Assembly: GCA_016192905.1 (NCBI GenBank)
Contig: JACPTG010000001.1
Coordinates: 505,935-569,934, forward strand
Direction: 5' to 3'
Length of the DNA: 64,000 bases
Source of the DNA: Candidatus Woesearchaeota archaeon
GTDB lineage: Archaea; Nanobdellota; Nanobdellia; Woesearchaeales; UBA10216
In this document: positions 47,762 to 58,771 of the stretch, piece by piece
How positions within the stretch are numbered: position 1 is the stretch's first letter
Layout of the letters: each line of letters begins with the position of its first letter
Translations under genes and position numbers: made by a program
Notes under the pieces: model-generated
Seen by the model: only the letters and a program-made list of their open reading frames with translations
What the model was told of the DNA's origin: nothing
Database searches by the model: none

Positions 47762-48784
47762 ATGACCACCTACAGGGAAGCGGGAGTGGACATAGACGCC
47801 GCTGAAAAGGCGAAGCAGAGAATAAAAGAGTATGTAAAGGAAACCCGGAACGAGCTTTCTGTAATGGACGCCGGATTCTTCTGCGGAGGGATAAAAGCGG
47901 ATTTTGCAGGCTACAAAGAACCTGCGCTGATGCTAAGCACAGACGGAGTGGGCACAAAGATGGCAATAGCCAGGATGATGAGCAAGTATGACACCGTCGG
48001 ATATGACGTGGTAAACCACTGCGCCAATGACATTCTAACAAGCGGGGCAAAGCCAATCTTCTTTCTGGATTACATAGCCTCTGACAGGATAAACCCTGAA
48101 ATTGCTGCACAGCTTGTAAAGGGGGTGGCTGAAGCATGCAGGAAGCTTAATGTTGTTCTTGCAGGCGGAGAAACAGCACAGATGCCCGGCACATACATGA
48201 AAGGAGAACATGAACTTGCAGGCACCATGGGAGGCGTTGTAGAAAGGGCTGAGATAATAGACGGCAGCTCAATAAAAGAAGGTGATGCCCTGATAGGAAT
48301 AGCCAGCACAGGACTGCACACAAACGGCTATTCTCTGGCGAGAAAAATAGCATTTGAAACAGCAGGGCTCAAGACCGACAGCCACGTTCCAGAACTTGGG
48401 AGGGCCATTGGAAATGTGCTGCTTGAGCCGCACAGGGAGTATGTAACTGCAATACTTGAGCTTAAGAAAACATGCGGAATAAAAGGCATTGCCCATATCA
48501 CTGGGGGAGGGATAACAGACAACCTGCCAAGAATACTTCCAAATGGCATAGGCGCTGAGATAAGAAAAGGCGCCTGGGAAATCCTGCCAATATTCAAATG
48601 GCTCCAGGAAAAAGGAAACGTGCCTGAAGAGGACATGCACAGGACATTCAACATGGGAATCGGGCTCATAATAGCGGTTGACAAAAAGGAAGCCATAGGC
48701 ACATGGGGCAGGCTGAAGCAAATGGGCGAAAAGGCGTGGATAATAGGGCAAGCCAAGCCTGGAAAAGGGGTAATGTATGCCTAG
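47762..48784 (+). CDS. purM: phosphoribosylformylglycinamidine cyclo-ligase (AIR synthetase)
   Basis: YREAGVDI, TDGVGTK, GGETAQMPG, GLHTNGYSL and FNMGIG motifs. Confidence 0.97.
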   Translation: MTTYREAGVDIDAAEKAKQRIKEYVKETRNELSVMDAGFFCGGIKADFAGYKEPALMLSTDGVGTKMAIARMMSKYDTVGYDVVNHCANDILTSGAKPIFFLDYIASDRINPEIAAQLVKGVAEACRKLNVVLAGGETAQMPGTYMKGEHELAGTMGGVVERAEIIDGSSIKEGDALIGIASTGLHTNGYSLARKIAFETAGLKTDSHVPELGRAIGNVLLEPHREYVTAILELKKTCGIKGIAHITGGGITDNLPRILPNGIGAEIRKGAWEILPIFKWLQEKGNVPEEDMHRTFNMGIGLIIAVDKKEAIGTWGRLKQMGEKAWIIGQAKPGKGVMYA

Positions 48785-51611
48785 GATTGAGGTGTATCCA
48801 AGGGAAATGCACTCTGCCGAAAGGCTTGGCCAGGCACTGCTTGAAGACCTTGGAATAAAGGCCGGAAAAATAAAAACAGGAACAGCCTACACGATAAAGG
48901 GAATAAGCGTGGAACTGGCCGGGGAAATAGCGGCCAACGTGCTGGCCGATCAACTTGTACAGGAATACAGGCATGGAAGGGCAAGGCACCCGGCAAGCTG
49001 GGTGCTTGAAATATCCTACAAAAAGGGCGTGCAGGAGCCTGCAGAGCTCAGCGCAGCCAAGGCGTTAAGGCAGCTTGGAATCGCAGGCGAAGCAGGGGTA
49101 AAGATATCTGCAGTCACAGCAATAGAAGGAATAAATGCAGAGCAGGCCAAAAGGATAGCAGCATACCTGTCCAACAGCATAATACAGGACTGCAGGATTG
49201 GATATGAAAAGCTGGACGAAGAGGAAGAAACAAGCCATGAGAACGCTGCACACAGGGCAGAGACAGTACAGATAACCACATTAAAGGACGAGTACCTTCT
49301 GAAGCTAAGCAAAGAAGGACTGCTATCACTAAACCTCGAAGAAATGAAGGCCATACAGAAACATTTCGGGCATCTCGGAAGGGAGCCGACTGACGTGGAA
49401 ATAGAGACAATAGCCCAGACATGGAGCGAACACTGCAAGCACAAAACATTCAACTCTGAAATAGAGTTCGACAATGACGGAAGGCAGGAGACAATAGAGA
49501 ACCTGTTCAAGGAGACGATAGTTGCGGCAACCGGGAAGACAGCCAAGCCATGGCTTATATCCGTATTCAAGGATAACGCTGGAATAATAAAATTTGACGA
49601 AGCGCATAACGTAGCCTTCAAGGTTGAAACCCATAACCATCCAAGCGCACTCGACCCGTATGGAGGGGCTAACACAGGACTTGGAGGGGTGATAAGGGAC
49701 GTGCTTGGGGCTGGAATGGGGGCAAAGCCAATACTCAACACAGACATATTCTGCTTTGCAAGCCCTGACTTCAAGGATGAGCTGCCTGAAAGGATACTGC
49801 ACCCGAAAAGGATAATGAGGGGAGTCGTTGCAGGGGTAAGAGACTATGGAAACAGGATGGGAATACCAACAGTAAACGGCGCAATAGTGTTCCACAAAGA
49901 CTACCTTGGAGCTCCGCTTGTGTTCTGCGGAACAGCAGGAATAATGCCAAGCGGACTGCCTGGAAAAAAGGCTATGCCAGGAGACTTAATAGTTGTTATG
50001 GGCGGCAGAACAGGCCGTGATGGAATACACGGAGCCACGTTCAGCTCAGCAATACTGGACGAAAGCTCATCAAGCAGCGCAGTCCAGATAGGAAATGCGA
50101 TTGAGGAAAAAAAAATGCTTGATGCGCTGCTCATAGCCAGAGACAAAGGGCTGTACAACAGCATAACAGACTGCGGGGCAGGAGGCTTCAGCTCAGCCAT
50201 AGGCGAAATGGCAGCCGAAACAGGGGCAAGGGTTGAACTGGACAGGGCGCGGCTCAAATACGAAGGCCTAAGGCCATGGGAAATATGGCTGTCCGAGTCA
50301 CAAGAAAGAATGATAGTGGCTGTGCCGCCTGAAAAAATCCGCGAATTCCTCGAAATATGCGCAACAGAGGACACAGAAGCCACAGCAATAGGGGAGTTCA
50401 CAACAACCGGCCAGCTTGAAATATACCACAATGGACAAAAAGTTGCGGGGTTAGGCATGGAATTCCTCCACAAAGGCATTCCAATGAGCAAAAGAAAAGC
50501 CGTATGGAAGAAGCCAAAACTAAGCGAGCCACTCATCAAAGAGGAGGAAAACTACGGGGAGACACTAAAAAGACTGCTGTCACACCCAACAATAGCAAGC
50601 AAGGAATGGGTGATAAGGCAATACGACCATGAAGTGCAGGCTGGAACGGTAATCAAGCCGCTGGTAGGGGCAGAAAATGACGGGCCTGGCGACGCGGCAG
50701 TAATCAAGCCGCTGTTAAACTCCCACAAGGGAGTGGTGGTGGCAAACGGAATAAACCCGCTATACAGCCAGATAGACCCCTACTGGATGGCGGCCTCTGC
50801 AATAGACGAGGCAGCAAGAAACCTTGTGGCAACAGGAGGAAACACGGAGCACACGGCATTACTGGATAATTTCTGCTGGGGAAGCGTATCCGACGAGGCA
50901 AAGCTGGGGCCGCTTGTGAGGGCAGCGCAGGCATGCCACGACATTTCAGTGCTTTTCCAGATGCCATTCATATCAGGAAAAGACAGCCTCCACAACGAAT
51001 TCTCCTCCAAGGGAAAAACAATAAGCGTCCCGGACACGCTGCTAATCTCGGCAATAAGCGTAATTGAAGACATAAGAAAGTGCATAACGATGGATCTGAA
51101 AAAAGTGGGAAACAGAATATACGTTGTGGGAATGACATATGACGAGCTTGGAGGAAGCCACTACTACGAGCTGCATGGCGAAACAGGGAAAAACGTGCCC
51201 ACAGTCAGGGCAACCGCGGCTGACACATTCAAAAAGCTGCACGACGCAATCAGCCATGGCCTGGTAAAAAGCTGCCACGACTGCTCAGAAGGCGGAATTG
51301 CGGTTGCACTCGCTGAAATGGCCTTCTCAGGAGACCTGGGGATAAAGGCAGACCTTGGAAAAGTGCAGTATGAGGGCACCTTAAGAAATGACAAAATACT
51401 CTTCTCGCAAAGCAACACAAGGTTCATGGCTGAAATAGAAAGGGAGGCTGAGGAAGGGTTCCTCATCGCAATGGACGGAATTCCATTGGCAGCCATCGGG
51501 GAAACCACTGCTGAAAAAAGGCTAGTCATTCACGGGCTTAACCAGAAAGAAACGGTAAACGAAAGCATTTACGACCTGAAAAAAACATGGAAGGAGGGAC
51601 TGAAGCCTTGA
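48777..51611 (+). CDS. purL: FGAM synthase PurL with N-terminal PurS-like extension
   Basis: WSEHCKHK, KVETHNHPS, GRDGIHGA, SESQER and SGKDSLHN motifs; about 150-aa N-terminal extension. Confidence 0.95.
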   Translation: MPRIEVYPREMHSAERLGQALLEDLGIKAGKIKTGTAYTIKGISVELAGEIAANVLADQLVQEYRHGRARHPASWVLEISYKKGVQEPAELSAAKALRQLGIAGEAGVKISAVTAIEGINAEQAKRIAAYLSNSIIQDCRIGYEKLDEEEETSHENAAHRAETVQITTLKDEYLLKLSKEGLLSLNLEEMKAIQKHFGHLGREPTDVEIETIAQTWSEHCKHKTFNSEIEFDNDGRQETIENLFKETIVAATGKTAKPWLISVFKDNAGIIKFDEAHNVAFKVETHNHPSALDPYGGANTGLGGVIRDVLGAGMGAKPILNTDIFCFASPDFKDELPERILHPKRIMRGVVAGVRDYGNRMGIPTVNGAIVFHKDYLGAPLVFCGTAGIMPSGLPGKKAMPGDLIVVMGGRTGRDGIHGATFSSAILDESSSSSAVQIGNAIEEKKMLDALLIARDKGLYNSITDCGAGGFSSAIGEMAAETGARVELDRARLKYEGLRPWEIWLSESQERMIVAVPPEKIREFLEICATEDTEATAIGEFTTTGQLEIYHNGQKVAGLGMEFLHKGIPMSKRKAVWKKPKLSEPLIKEEENYGETLKRLLSHPTIASKEWVIRQYDHEVQAGTVIKPLVGAENDGPGDAAVIKPLLNSHKGVVVANGINPLYSQIDPYWMAASAIDEAARNLVATGGNTEHTALLDNFCWGSVSDEAKLGPLVRAAQACHDISVLFQMPFISGKDSLHNEFSSKGKTISVPDTLLISAISVIEDIRKCITMDLKKVGNRIYVVGMTYDELGGSHYYELHGETGKNVPTVRATAADTFKKLHDAISHGLVKSCHDCSEGGIAVALAEMAFSGDLGIKADLGKVQYEGTLRNDKILFSQSNTRFMAEIEREAEEGFLIAMDGIPLAAIGETTAEKRLVIHGLNQKETVNESIYDLKKTWKEGLKP

Positions 51612-52372
51612 AAGCAAAAGCGTTGGTACTGAGAGGAGCCGGGCTCAACTGCAATGACGAAACCGAGCATGCGCTGCAACTGGCAGGAGCGAACACCCAG
51701 CAGGCCCACATAAACGAGCTGATAAGAGGCAGGATAAAACTGGCAGACTGCCAAATAGCCGTAATACCCGGCGGATTCAGCTACGGAGACGACCTTGGCG
51801 CAGGAAGGATACTGGCCCTGCAGATAAAACAGGCCCTAAAGAGGGAGTTCCAGGAATTTGTGGATGAAGGAAGGATACTGGCAGGAATCTGCAACGGATT
51901 CCAGGTACTTGTAAAGACAGGATTCCTACCCGGAAACTGCACGGCAACACTAACTGACAACAACTCAGGGCACTTTGAAGACCGGTGGATTCACATAAAG
52001 GCCGCTGGCAGGGGAATATTCACCAAAGGGATAGAAAAAATATACCTGCCGGTCAACCATGGTGAAGGCAGGTTCATTGCAGAAGAAGAAACGCTGAGGA
52101 AGCTAAACAAGAACAGCCAGATAGCCTTCCGCTACTGCGACAGGGACGGAAATGAAAGCCCTGAATACCCGCACAACCCGAACGGGTCAATGCAGAACAT
52201 AGCCGCGGTGACAAATGAAAAGGGAAACGTATTCGGCATGATGCCACACCCTGAGAAAATAGTCAGCAAATACCAGCACCCAAGATGGACAAGGGAAGAG
52301 CTGCCAGAGGAAGGGCAAGGGCTGAAGATATACAGGAACATGGTGGAGCATGCCGAGGAGAGGCTGGTTTAA
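51608..52372 (+). CDS. purQ: FGAM synthase glutaminase subunit
   Basis: GGFSYGD, GICNGFQ, HGEG, NPNGS and MMPHPE motifs; probable TTG start. Confidence 0.95.
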   Translation: MKAKALVLRGAGLNCNDETEHALQLAGANTQQAHINELIRGRIKLADCQIAVIPGGFSYGDDLGAGRILALQIKQALKREFQEFVDEGRILAGICNGFQVLVKTGFLPGNCTATLTDNNSGHFEDRWIHIKAAGRGIFTKGIEKIYLPVNHGEGRFIAEEETLRKLNKNSQIAFRYCDRDGNESPEYPHNPNGSMQNIAAVTNEKGNVFGMMPHPEKIVSKYQHPRWTREELPEEGQGLKIYRNMVEHAEERLV

Positions 52373-52393
52373 GTGGTTGGTTGCAGGTAGTTA

Positions 52394-52585
52394 ATGGTTA
52401 GCGGCAGGCTGGATGACCCTGAAGACCTCATTCAGCTTTATTCGACCCTGGGCTTCACTAGAAAGGGCCTTGACTGCCGGCCAATCGCAAGCAGCACCGA
52501 TGACCTTGTAGCTGCTGCGCAAAGGGTAATACGCAATGTTGTGGCCGAGCATGTCGGAAGGGCATATGCAAATGAAAAAGCATAA
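52394..52585 (+). CDS. small hypothetical protein
   Basis: 63-aa ORF. Confidence 0.3.
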   Translation: MVSGRLDDPEDLIQLYSTLGFTRKGLDCRPIASSTDDLVAAAQRVIRNVVAEHVGRAYANEKA

Positions 52586-52621
52586 TTATACGCTTCCATT
52601 AAATTTGCAGCGAGTTTAAAT

Positions 52622-52864
52622 ATGGGAACTACCAAAGTGACAAGAGACTTCCGGATAACCCTGCCGAAGGATGTAAGGAAGGCGGCCAACATAAAGATAG
52701 GGGATACTCTTAACGTTGTTGCAGATGACAAGGGGGCAAGAATAATGAAGACGAGCGCAAGGGAAGCTATAATGAACATTGCAGGTTCGTTCAAAGAAAT
52801 CAAGGACTCTGCTGCATACGTAAGGGCCATGAGAGAAAGGTGGAAGGAAAGGCCAAGGCTTTAG
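52622..52864 (+). CDS. AbrB/MazE-type protein (orphan antitoxin)
   Basis: TKVTRDFRITLPKDVRKAANIKIGD; no toxin downstream. Confidence 0.82.
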   Translation: MGTTKVTRDFRITLPKDVRKAANIKIGDTLNVVADDKGARIMKTSAREAIMNIAGSFKEIKDSAAYVRAMRERWKERPRL

Positions 52865-52913
52865 CAAACCAAAAACCGCTTAATATAAAAACACGCCGCT
52901 TAACCCCTTTAAA

Positions 52914-53684
52914 ATGGGGCGCATACTTGTGCTGTTCGCAAGCAAAAGCAACAGGCAGGCATATGAGCGGGCTGTTTCTGAGCTTAAGGAAAGGGGGGCT
53001 GAATTTGACATAAGAATACTATCAGCGCACAAGACTTCTGAAGAACTTGGAAAGCTCCTGGCTGAAGAGGGGCATAAGTATTCGGTGATAATAGCAGGAG
53101 CCGGGCTGGCTGCGCACCTTGCAGGGGCAGTGGCTGCAAGGATGACTGTTCCGGTAATCGGAGTGCCATGCCCGGACAATTTTGACGGCCTGGATGCGCT
53201 GCTCTCAACACTCCAAATGCCGCCGGGCGTGCCTGTACTGACTGTCGGGGTCGGCATGGCTGAGGAAGCCGCTGAGGCGGCCATCGAGATAGCAAAGAAT
53301 GAGAAAAGGGAGATATACATAAAGGTAAGGAGCGGCCATGCTGAAAAGGCAGCAGACACGCTGGCCAAAATGAAGGTCAGGTATGAACTATCATACGCGC
53401 TTCATGACGAGGCTGTAAACATAAGATTTATTGACCTGGGAGAAATCAGCAGTTGTGAAGACGGCAAGGGCATAACGATAAACTGCCCAATTGCTACGGA
53501 AGCAAGGGCAAGTGACGCGCTGAAGCTGCTCGACATAAAAAAAGGCGTATGGGTTGGCCTGAACAGGGCTGAAAACGCGGCGATAGCTGCGGCACAGATA
53601 CTCGGAAAGGGCCTTGAGGTCAAGGAGCAGAGATGGGAGGCGGCGCAGGCTGTGCTGAAGGCAGATGAGGAGGCAAAGGGATGA
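52914..53684 (+). CDS. purE: AIR carboxylase/N5-CAIR mutase with a degenerate second PurE-like domain
   Basis: [20 protein letters not shown] and LQMPPGVPV motifs; extra C-terminal [14 protein letters not shown]. Confidence 0.85.
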   Translation: MGRILVLFASKSNRQAYERAVSELKERGAEFDIRILSAHKTSEELGKLLAEEGHKYSVIIAGAGLAAHLAGAVAARMTVPVIGVPCPDNFDGLDALLSTLQMPPGVPVLTVGVGMAEEAAEAAIEIAKNEKREIYIKVRSGHAEKAADTLAKMKVRYELSYALHDEAVNIRFIDLGEISSCEDGKGITINCPIATEARASDALKLLDIKKGVWVGLNRAENAAIAAAQILGKGLEVKEQRWEAAQAVLKADEEAKG

Positions 53685-54337
53685 TAAAAGCGGTTATATT
53701 TGACCTGGACGGGGTGCTTATCCAGTCGCAGGAACTGCACAGGCTGGCTTGGAACAAGGAGCTGGAAAGATTCGGGCTGTCATTCACCAAGGAGGAGTTC
53801 CAGCACTATTTCGGACTGAGGGGACAGGAAATAGTGAGGAAAAAATTCACCATAAGCGGCAAGCAAGCGCCTGAAGACATCCCAACAATGATATTCCAAA
53901 AAAACGCCTATTTCAGGCAAATTGCGGAAAACAGCCTTGAGCCGCTGCCAGGGGCAAAGGAGCTGCTCCAAAACCTCAAGAGGCAAAACTACAAAACCGC
54001 GCTGGGCACATCAGCGCCAAGGGAAAACGTGGAGTTCTTCATGAAGAAAACCGGGCTTGGAAAATACCTTGACGGATACGCATGCGCAGACGACGTGAGC
54101 AAAGGCAAGCCAGAGCCTGAAGTCTTCCTCAAGGCTGCTGAGAAAATAGGGGCGAAGCCTGCAGAATGCGTAGTAATAGAGGACGCAAGGCACGGGATAC
54201 AGGCAGCAAAGAAAGCAGGGATGAAATGCATAGCAGTTGCAACAACGCACCCCGCAGAAGACCTGAAGCAGGCTGACATAATAGAAAAAGACATGAGCAC
54301 AATAACAGTGGAAAAAATAAGGGGCCTAAATGACTGA
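53681..54337 (+). CDS. HAD-superfamily phosphatase (beta-PGM-like)
   Basis: FDLDGVL, GKPEPEVF and IEDA..GIQAA motifs. Confidence 0.9.
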   Translation: MIKAVIFDLDGVLIQSQELHRLAWNKELERFGLSFTKEEFQHYFGLRGQEIVRKKFTISGKQAPEDIPTMIFQKNAYFRQIAENSLEPLPGAKELLQNLKRQNYKTALGTSAPRENVEFFMKKTGLGKYLDGYACADDVSKGKPEPEVFLKAAEKIGAKPAECVVIEDARHGIQAAKKAGMKCIAVATTHPAEDLKQADIIEKDMSTITVEKIRGLND

Positions 54338-55298
54338 AGCAGAAACCCTGAGAAGGCAGCTGGAACACTGCCTGCAAAAGACCGACCTTCAAATCGGAGA
54401 AAAATATGAAGGCAAGGTAAGGGACAACTATGTGACAGGCGGCAAAAGGGTAATAGTGAGCACAGACAGGCTTTCTGCGTTTGACGTGGTGCTTACAACG
54501 CTGCCATTCAAAGGGCAGGTGCTGAACCAACTGTCAGCATTCTGGCTTGAGAAGACGAAGGGCATCGCCGCAAATCATATGATATCCGTACCTGACCCAA
54601 ATGTAATGACCGCGCGCAACTGCACTCCGATAGCTGTGGAATTCGTAGTAAGAGGGTACATAACAGGGGTAACAAAAACCTCGCTGTGGTACAACTACAG
54701 CCAGGGAGCAAGGGACTTCTGCGGGCACAGGCTTCCGGAAGGGCTCAAAAAGGACCAGAAGCTTGACCACCCAATCGTAACCCCAACAACGAAGGCAGAA
54801 AAGGGAATGCACGATGAATCCATCTCAAGAGAGGAGATAATAAGCAGGGGAATTATGGACGCTGAGGAGTTCGATGCAGTTGCTGAAACGAGCCTAAAGC
54901 TGTTTGAATACGGAACCAGGCACTGCGCATCAAACAGGATAATACTCGTTGACACAAAATACGAGTTTGGAAAGGATGAGAACGGGGAAATCCTCCTTAT
55001 AGATGAAATCCACACGCCAGACTCCTCAAGATTCTGGCACAAGGACAGCTATGACTCGCTGTTTGACAAGGGGGAAGAGCAGCGGAGAATAGACAAGGAA
55101 TACGTAAGGAAATGGCTGGCAGACAGAGGATACACAGGCGAAGGGAGGCCGCCTGCAATACCCGACGACGTAAGGGTAGAGGCAGCCACAAGATACATAG
55201 AGGCGTTTGAGAAGATAACCGGGCAGATGTTCAGGCCAGTGGAAGGGGACGCAGGGAAAAGGATAGCTGTGGCAGCACCCGGCTGGAGGCTGGAATAA
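54330..55298 (+). CDS. purC: SAICAR synthetase
   Basis: GKVRDNY, TDRLSAFD, TPTTK, VDTKYEFG and DEIHTPDSSRFW motifs. Confidence 0.96.
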   Translation: MTEAETLRRQLEHCLQKTDLQIGEKYEGKVRDNYVTGGKRVIVSTDRLSAFDVVLTTLPFKGQVLNQLSAFWLEKTKGIAANHMISVPDPNVMTARNCTPIAVEFVVRGYITGVTKTSLWYNYSQGARDFCGHRLPEGLKKDQKLDHPIVTPTTKAEKGMHDESISREEIISRGIMDAEEFDAVAETSLKLFEYGTRHCASNRIILVDTKYEFGKDENGEILLIDEIHTPDSSRFWHKDSYDSLFDKGEEQRRIDKEYVRKWLADRGYTGEGRPPAIPDDVRVEAATRYIEAFEKITGQMFRPVEGDAGKRIAVAAPGWRLE

Positions 55299-56689
55299 TG
55301 GACAGGTTTGACAGCATAAGCCCGCTGGACTACAGGTACTACACAGGGAACAAGGAACTGCATGACCAGATAAACGAGTTCCTGTCTGAAAAAGCAGCAA
55401 TAAGATACCTTTTGCTTGCTGAGGAAAAGCTCGCCGAGGCGCTGTGCGAAAGAGGGGTCTGCAGCAGGGAAACATATGCTGAAATTTCAGGGGTATGCAA
55501 ACAAGTAACCGCCCAGGAAGTCTATGAGGAGGAGGCAAGGATAAGGCACGACATAAGGGCGCTTGTGAACTGCATAAGAAGAAAAGTTTCCGAGAAGGCA
55601 AAGCCATACGTTCATTTGACTGCAACATCATCAGACATAACATGCACGGCAGACGCTGCAAGAATGAAGGACGCAGCAGAAAAGCTGCTCATTCCCCAGC
55701 TGCTGCAGCTTGAGAAGACTCTCATTGAAATCGCCCGCAGGGAAAAGGAAAGCCTGCAAATAGGAAGGACGCACGGCCAGCACGCAGAGCCAATAACATT
55801 CGGATACGCAATGTGCGAATACGTCAGCAGGCTAGGAAACAGGATACTTGCCCTAAAAAAAGCGGCAGCCAACCTCAGGGGAAAAATGTCAGGAGCTGTA
55901 GGAAACTATAATGCCTCCATGCTGTTCTTCCAGGAGCCTGAAGAATTTGAGAAGGAAGTGCTGGCGAAACTCGGGTTAACGGCTGCTACGCACTCCACGC
56001 AGATAGTTGAGCCTGAATACGCGGCAGACTACATGCACGCAGCTGTAAGCGCCTTTGGAGTCCTGGCAAACCTCGCTGACGACATGAGGCACCTCCAGAG
56101 GACCGAGATAGCTGAGATAGCCGAGGAGTTCGGCAGCGAGCAGGTTGGAAGCAGCACAATGCCGCACAAGCGCAACCCGGTAAATTTTGAGAATGTGAAG
56201 TCCATGTGGAAGGCCTTCATGCCGAGGATGACCACCCTCTACATGGACCAGATATCAGAGCACCAGCGCGACCTGACCAACTCAGCAAGCACGAGGTTCT
56301 CAACCGAGATAATAGCCGCACTGGCGCTGTCTGCCAACAGGATGGACAGGATAATGAAAAAGCTGGCGGTGAACAGGCAAAAGATGAAAGCCCACCTCCA
56401 GGAGAGCAGGCAGAGCATAGCCGCAGAGCCGGCATACATCCTGCTAGCAGCGCTTGGGCACCCGGACGCACACGAATATGTCAGGAGACTCACGCTAAAA
56501 GTGCAGAAAGACAGCAAATCCTTTTCTGACCTGCTGATGCAAGACAAGGAAGCCAGGCCATACCTGGAAAAAATGACTGAGGAGCAACTGGGCATAATAA
56601 GAAACCCGGAGAACTACACAGGCATCGCAGCGCGCAAAACCGAAGCAGTATGCAAACACTGGGAGGATGAACTGTGGAGCACAGGATAG
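55298..56689 (+). CDS. purB: adenylosuccinate lyase
   Basis: ISPLDYRY, GRTHGQHAEP and GSSTMPHKRNP motifs. Confidence 0.96.
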   Translation: MDRFDSISPLDYRYYTGNKELHDQINEFLSEKAAIRYLLLAEEKLAEALCERGVCSRETYAEISGVCKQVTAQEVYEEEARIRHDIRALVNCIRRKVSEKAKPYVHLTATSSDITCTADAARMKDAAEKLLIPQLLQLEKTLIEIARREKESLQIGRTHGQHAEPITFGYAMCEYVSRLGNRILALKKAAANLRGKMSGAVGNYNASMLFFQEPEEFEKEVLAKLGLTAATHSTQIVEPEYAADYMHAAVSAFGVLANLADDMRHLQRTEIAEIAEEFGSEQVGSSTMPHKRNPVNFENVKSMWKAFMPRMTTLYMDQISEHQRDLTNSASTRFSTEIIAALALSANRMDRIMKKLAVNRQKMKAHLQESRQSIAAEPAYILLAALGHPDAHEYVRRLTLKVQKDSKSFSDLLMQDKEARPYLEKMTEEQLGIIRNPENYTGIAARKTEAVCKHWEDELWSTG

Positions 56690-57675
56690 CAACAATAGGA
56701 AGCCACTCAGCGCTCCAGATACTAAAAGGCGCAAAGGACGAGGGATTCGGGACAATAGCAGTCTGCGAGCGGGAGAAAAGCTGGCCATACAGGAGATTCA
56801 AGGTTGCGGACAGCATAATAGAGCTGGACAGGATGAGCAGCTTCCCTGAAACCGAAAACGAGCTGATAAAGGAGAATGCGATACTAATCCCGCACGCAAG
56901 CTTCATGAACATAATGAGCATAGGGCAGATAGAAAACCTCAAAGTGCCATACTTCGGGAACAAGAGCATACTGAAATGGGAATCAGACAGGACACTGCAG
57001 AGGGAATGGCTCAGGAAAGCAGGGCTGACCCTGCCAGGGATATTCAAAAAGCCGGAAGACATAGACGTGCCAGCCATCGTCAAGTTCCACGGCGCAAAAG
57101 GCGGCAAGGGATTCTTCCTTGCAAAGAGCGGAGAGGAATTCCACCGCAAGATAGAGGAGCACCACGGAAAAACCTACATCATACAGGAATACATCGTAGG
57201 AGCGCCGATATACATACACTACTTCCACTCGCCGCTGGATGACGAGCTTGAGGTCATGAGCTTTGACAAGAGATACGAAAGCAACGTTGACTCAATCGGA
57301 AGGATAGCCGCAAAAGACCAGCTTGACATGGGGCTTGAAACATCCTACAACATAACAGGCAACGTGCCAATGGTAATAAGGGAAAGCCTGCTCCCCCAGG
57401 TATTTGAAATGGGAGAAGCAGTGGTTGAGGCCTCCAGAAAAATAGAAGGCAGGGGGCTGATAGGGCCATTCAGCCTGGAGACAGTAATAACGCCTGAACT
57501 GCAATTCTACGTCTTTGAAATATCAGCAAGGATAGTTGCAGGAACAAACCCATACATAAACGGAAGCCCATACACTGCACTAAGATACAAGGAGCCGATG
57601 AGCACAGGCAGAAGGATAGCCAGGGAGATAAGGCAGGCAATAAAAGACAGGGAGCTGCATAAGGTATTGGGATGA
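56674..57675 (+). CDS. purP: formate-dependent FAICAR synthetase
   Basis: [30 protein letters not shown] and [10 protein letters not shown] motifs. Confidence 0.9.
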   Translation: MEHRIATIGSHSALQILKGAKDEGFGTIAVCEREKSWPYRRFKVADSIIELDRMSSFPETENELIKENAILIPHASFMNIMSIGQIENLKVPYFGNKSILKWESDRTLQREWLRKAGLTLPGIFKKPEDIDVPAIVKFHGAKGGKGFFLAKSGEEFHRKIEEHHGKTYIIQEYIVGAPIYIHYFHSPLDDELEVMSFDKRYESNVDSIGRIAAKDQLDMGLETSYNITGNVPMVIRESLLPQVFEMGEAVVEASRKIEGRGLIGPFSLETVITPELQFYVFEISARIVAGTNPYINGSPYTALRYKEPMSTGRRIAREIRQAIKDRELHKVLG

Positions 57676-58334
57676 TAAAAGCCGTAATATTCGACTGCGA
57701 CGGGACAGTGTATGACAACTGCGGGGCAGGCGACCTGGGTGATGTATTGGGGCTGAAAAGGGCTTATGACGAGCTGGGAATAAATGCAGAACTTCCTTCT
57801 AAGGAAACGCTCATGAAGAAAATGGGCAGCCCATACCCTGTCTTTTTCAAAGGCATAATCCCTGATGAAAGCTTTGAGGATGCAAACCCGCTGGCAATGA
57901 AGTATGCTGTGGAAGAAGCGGTCAAACTAGTCAGGGCAGGAAAAGGGAAACTGTACCCGGGAGCTATTGAAACAATGGCTGCGCTCAGGAAGGCAGGCAT
58001 AAGAATGGGCATGGCAACAAATGGCAACAAGCCATACATAAAAGCGGTTGTGGAAACATATAAGCTTGACAGGCTGCTTGACATTTACATGTCATACCAG
58101 GAGGTTAAAGGAGACAAGGGAGATGTTGTATCAGAGGAATTGCGGCAGCTGAAAGTGCGGCCTGAAAATGCCTTAATGGTGGGCGACAGGAAATCAGACA
58201 TGGAAGCAGCGCGGAAAGCAGGATGCAAGGCAATAGGAGCCACCTATGGATACGGAAGCAAGGAAGAGCTTAAAGACGCGGACTTCATGATAAGCAGGAT
58301 AACCCAGCTGCCTTCACTGGTGGAAAAATGCTAA
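57672..58334 (+). CDS. HAD-superfamily phosphatase (Gph-like)
   Basis: [17 protein letters not shown] and YGYG motifs. Confidence 0.88.
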   Translation: MIKAVIFDCDGTVYDNCGAGDLGDVLGLKRAYDELGINAELPSKETLMKKMGSPYPVFFKGIIPDESFEDANPLAMKYAVEEAVKLVRAGKGKLYPGAIETMAALRKAGIRMGMATNGNKPYIKAVVETYKLDRLLDIYMSYQEVKGDKGDVVSEELRQLKVRPENALMVGDRKSDMEAARKAGCKAIGATYGYGSKEELKDADFMISRITQLPSLVEKC

Positions 58335-58345
58335 GAGGTGCAAAG

Positions 58346-58771
58346 ATGGAAGCGTGGATAATCTACAGCCTGATAGCGCTGGTCGCATTCGGGGCAAACG
58401 TAATAGTATACAAGCTGGGATTCAACGGAGGGGTTAACCCATTTGTGGCTGCGGCACTCTACGGACTGGGAATAGTCATTGCAGCGGGCATAACGGCGGC
58501 TGTTACCAGGGCGGACATCAATGTACAGCCGCTGAACATCGCAATCCTGATAGCAGCAGGGGCGGTATTCTCAATAGGCCTCATCATGATAGGGCTTGGC
58601 GTATCCAAGAACGCTGATGTCTCCAAGATGGCGATAATATACGGCGGGAACATCATAATAACAGTCATACTCGGAATAGTGCTGCTGAAGGAGAACAGCG
58701 GAGCGCTGTGGAAGACCATGCTTGGAATGGGGCTGGTGGCGGCAGGAATAATCGTGGTAAGCGTCAAATGA
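58346..58771 (+). CDS. single-domain EamA/DMT transporter
   Basis: About 5 TM; LGIVLLKE motif. Confidence 0.8.
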   Translation: MEAWIIYSLIALVAFGANVIVYKLGFNGGVNPFVAAALYGLGIVIAAGITAAVTRADINVQPLNIAILIAAGAVFSIGLIMIGLGVSKNADVSKMAIIYGGNIIITVILGIVLLKENSGALWKTMLGMGLVAAGIIVVSVK

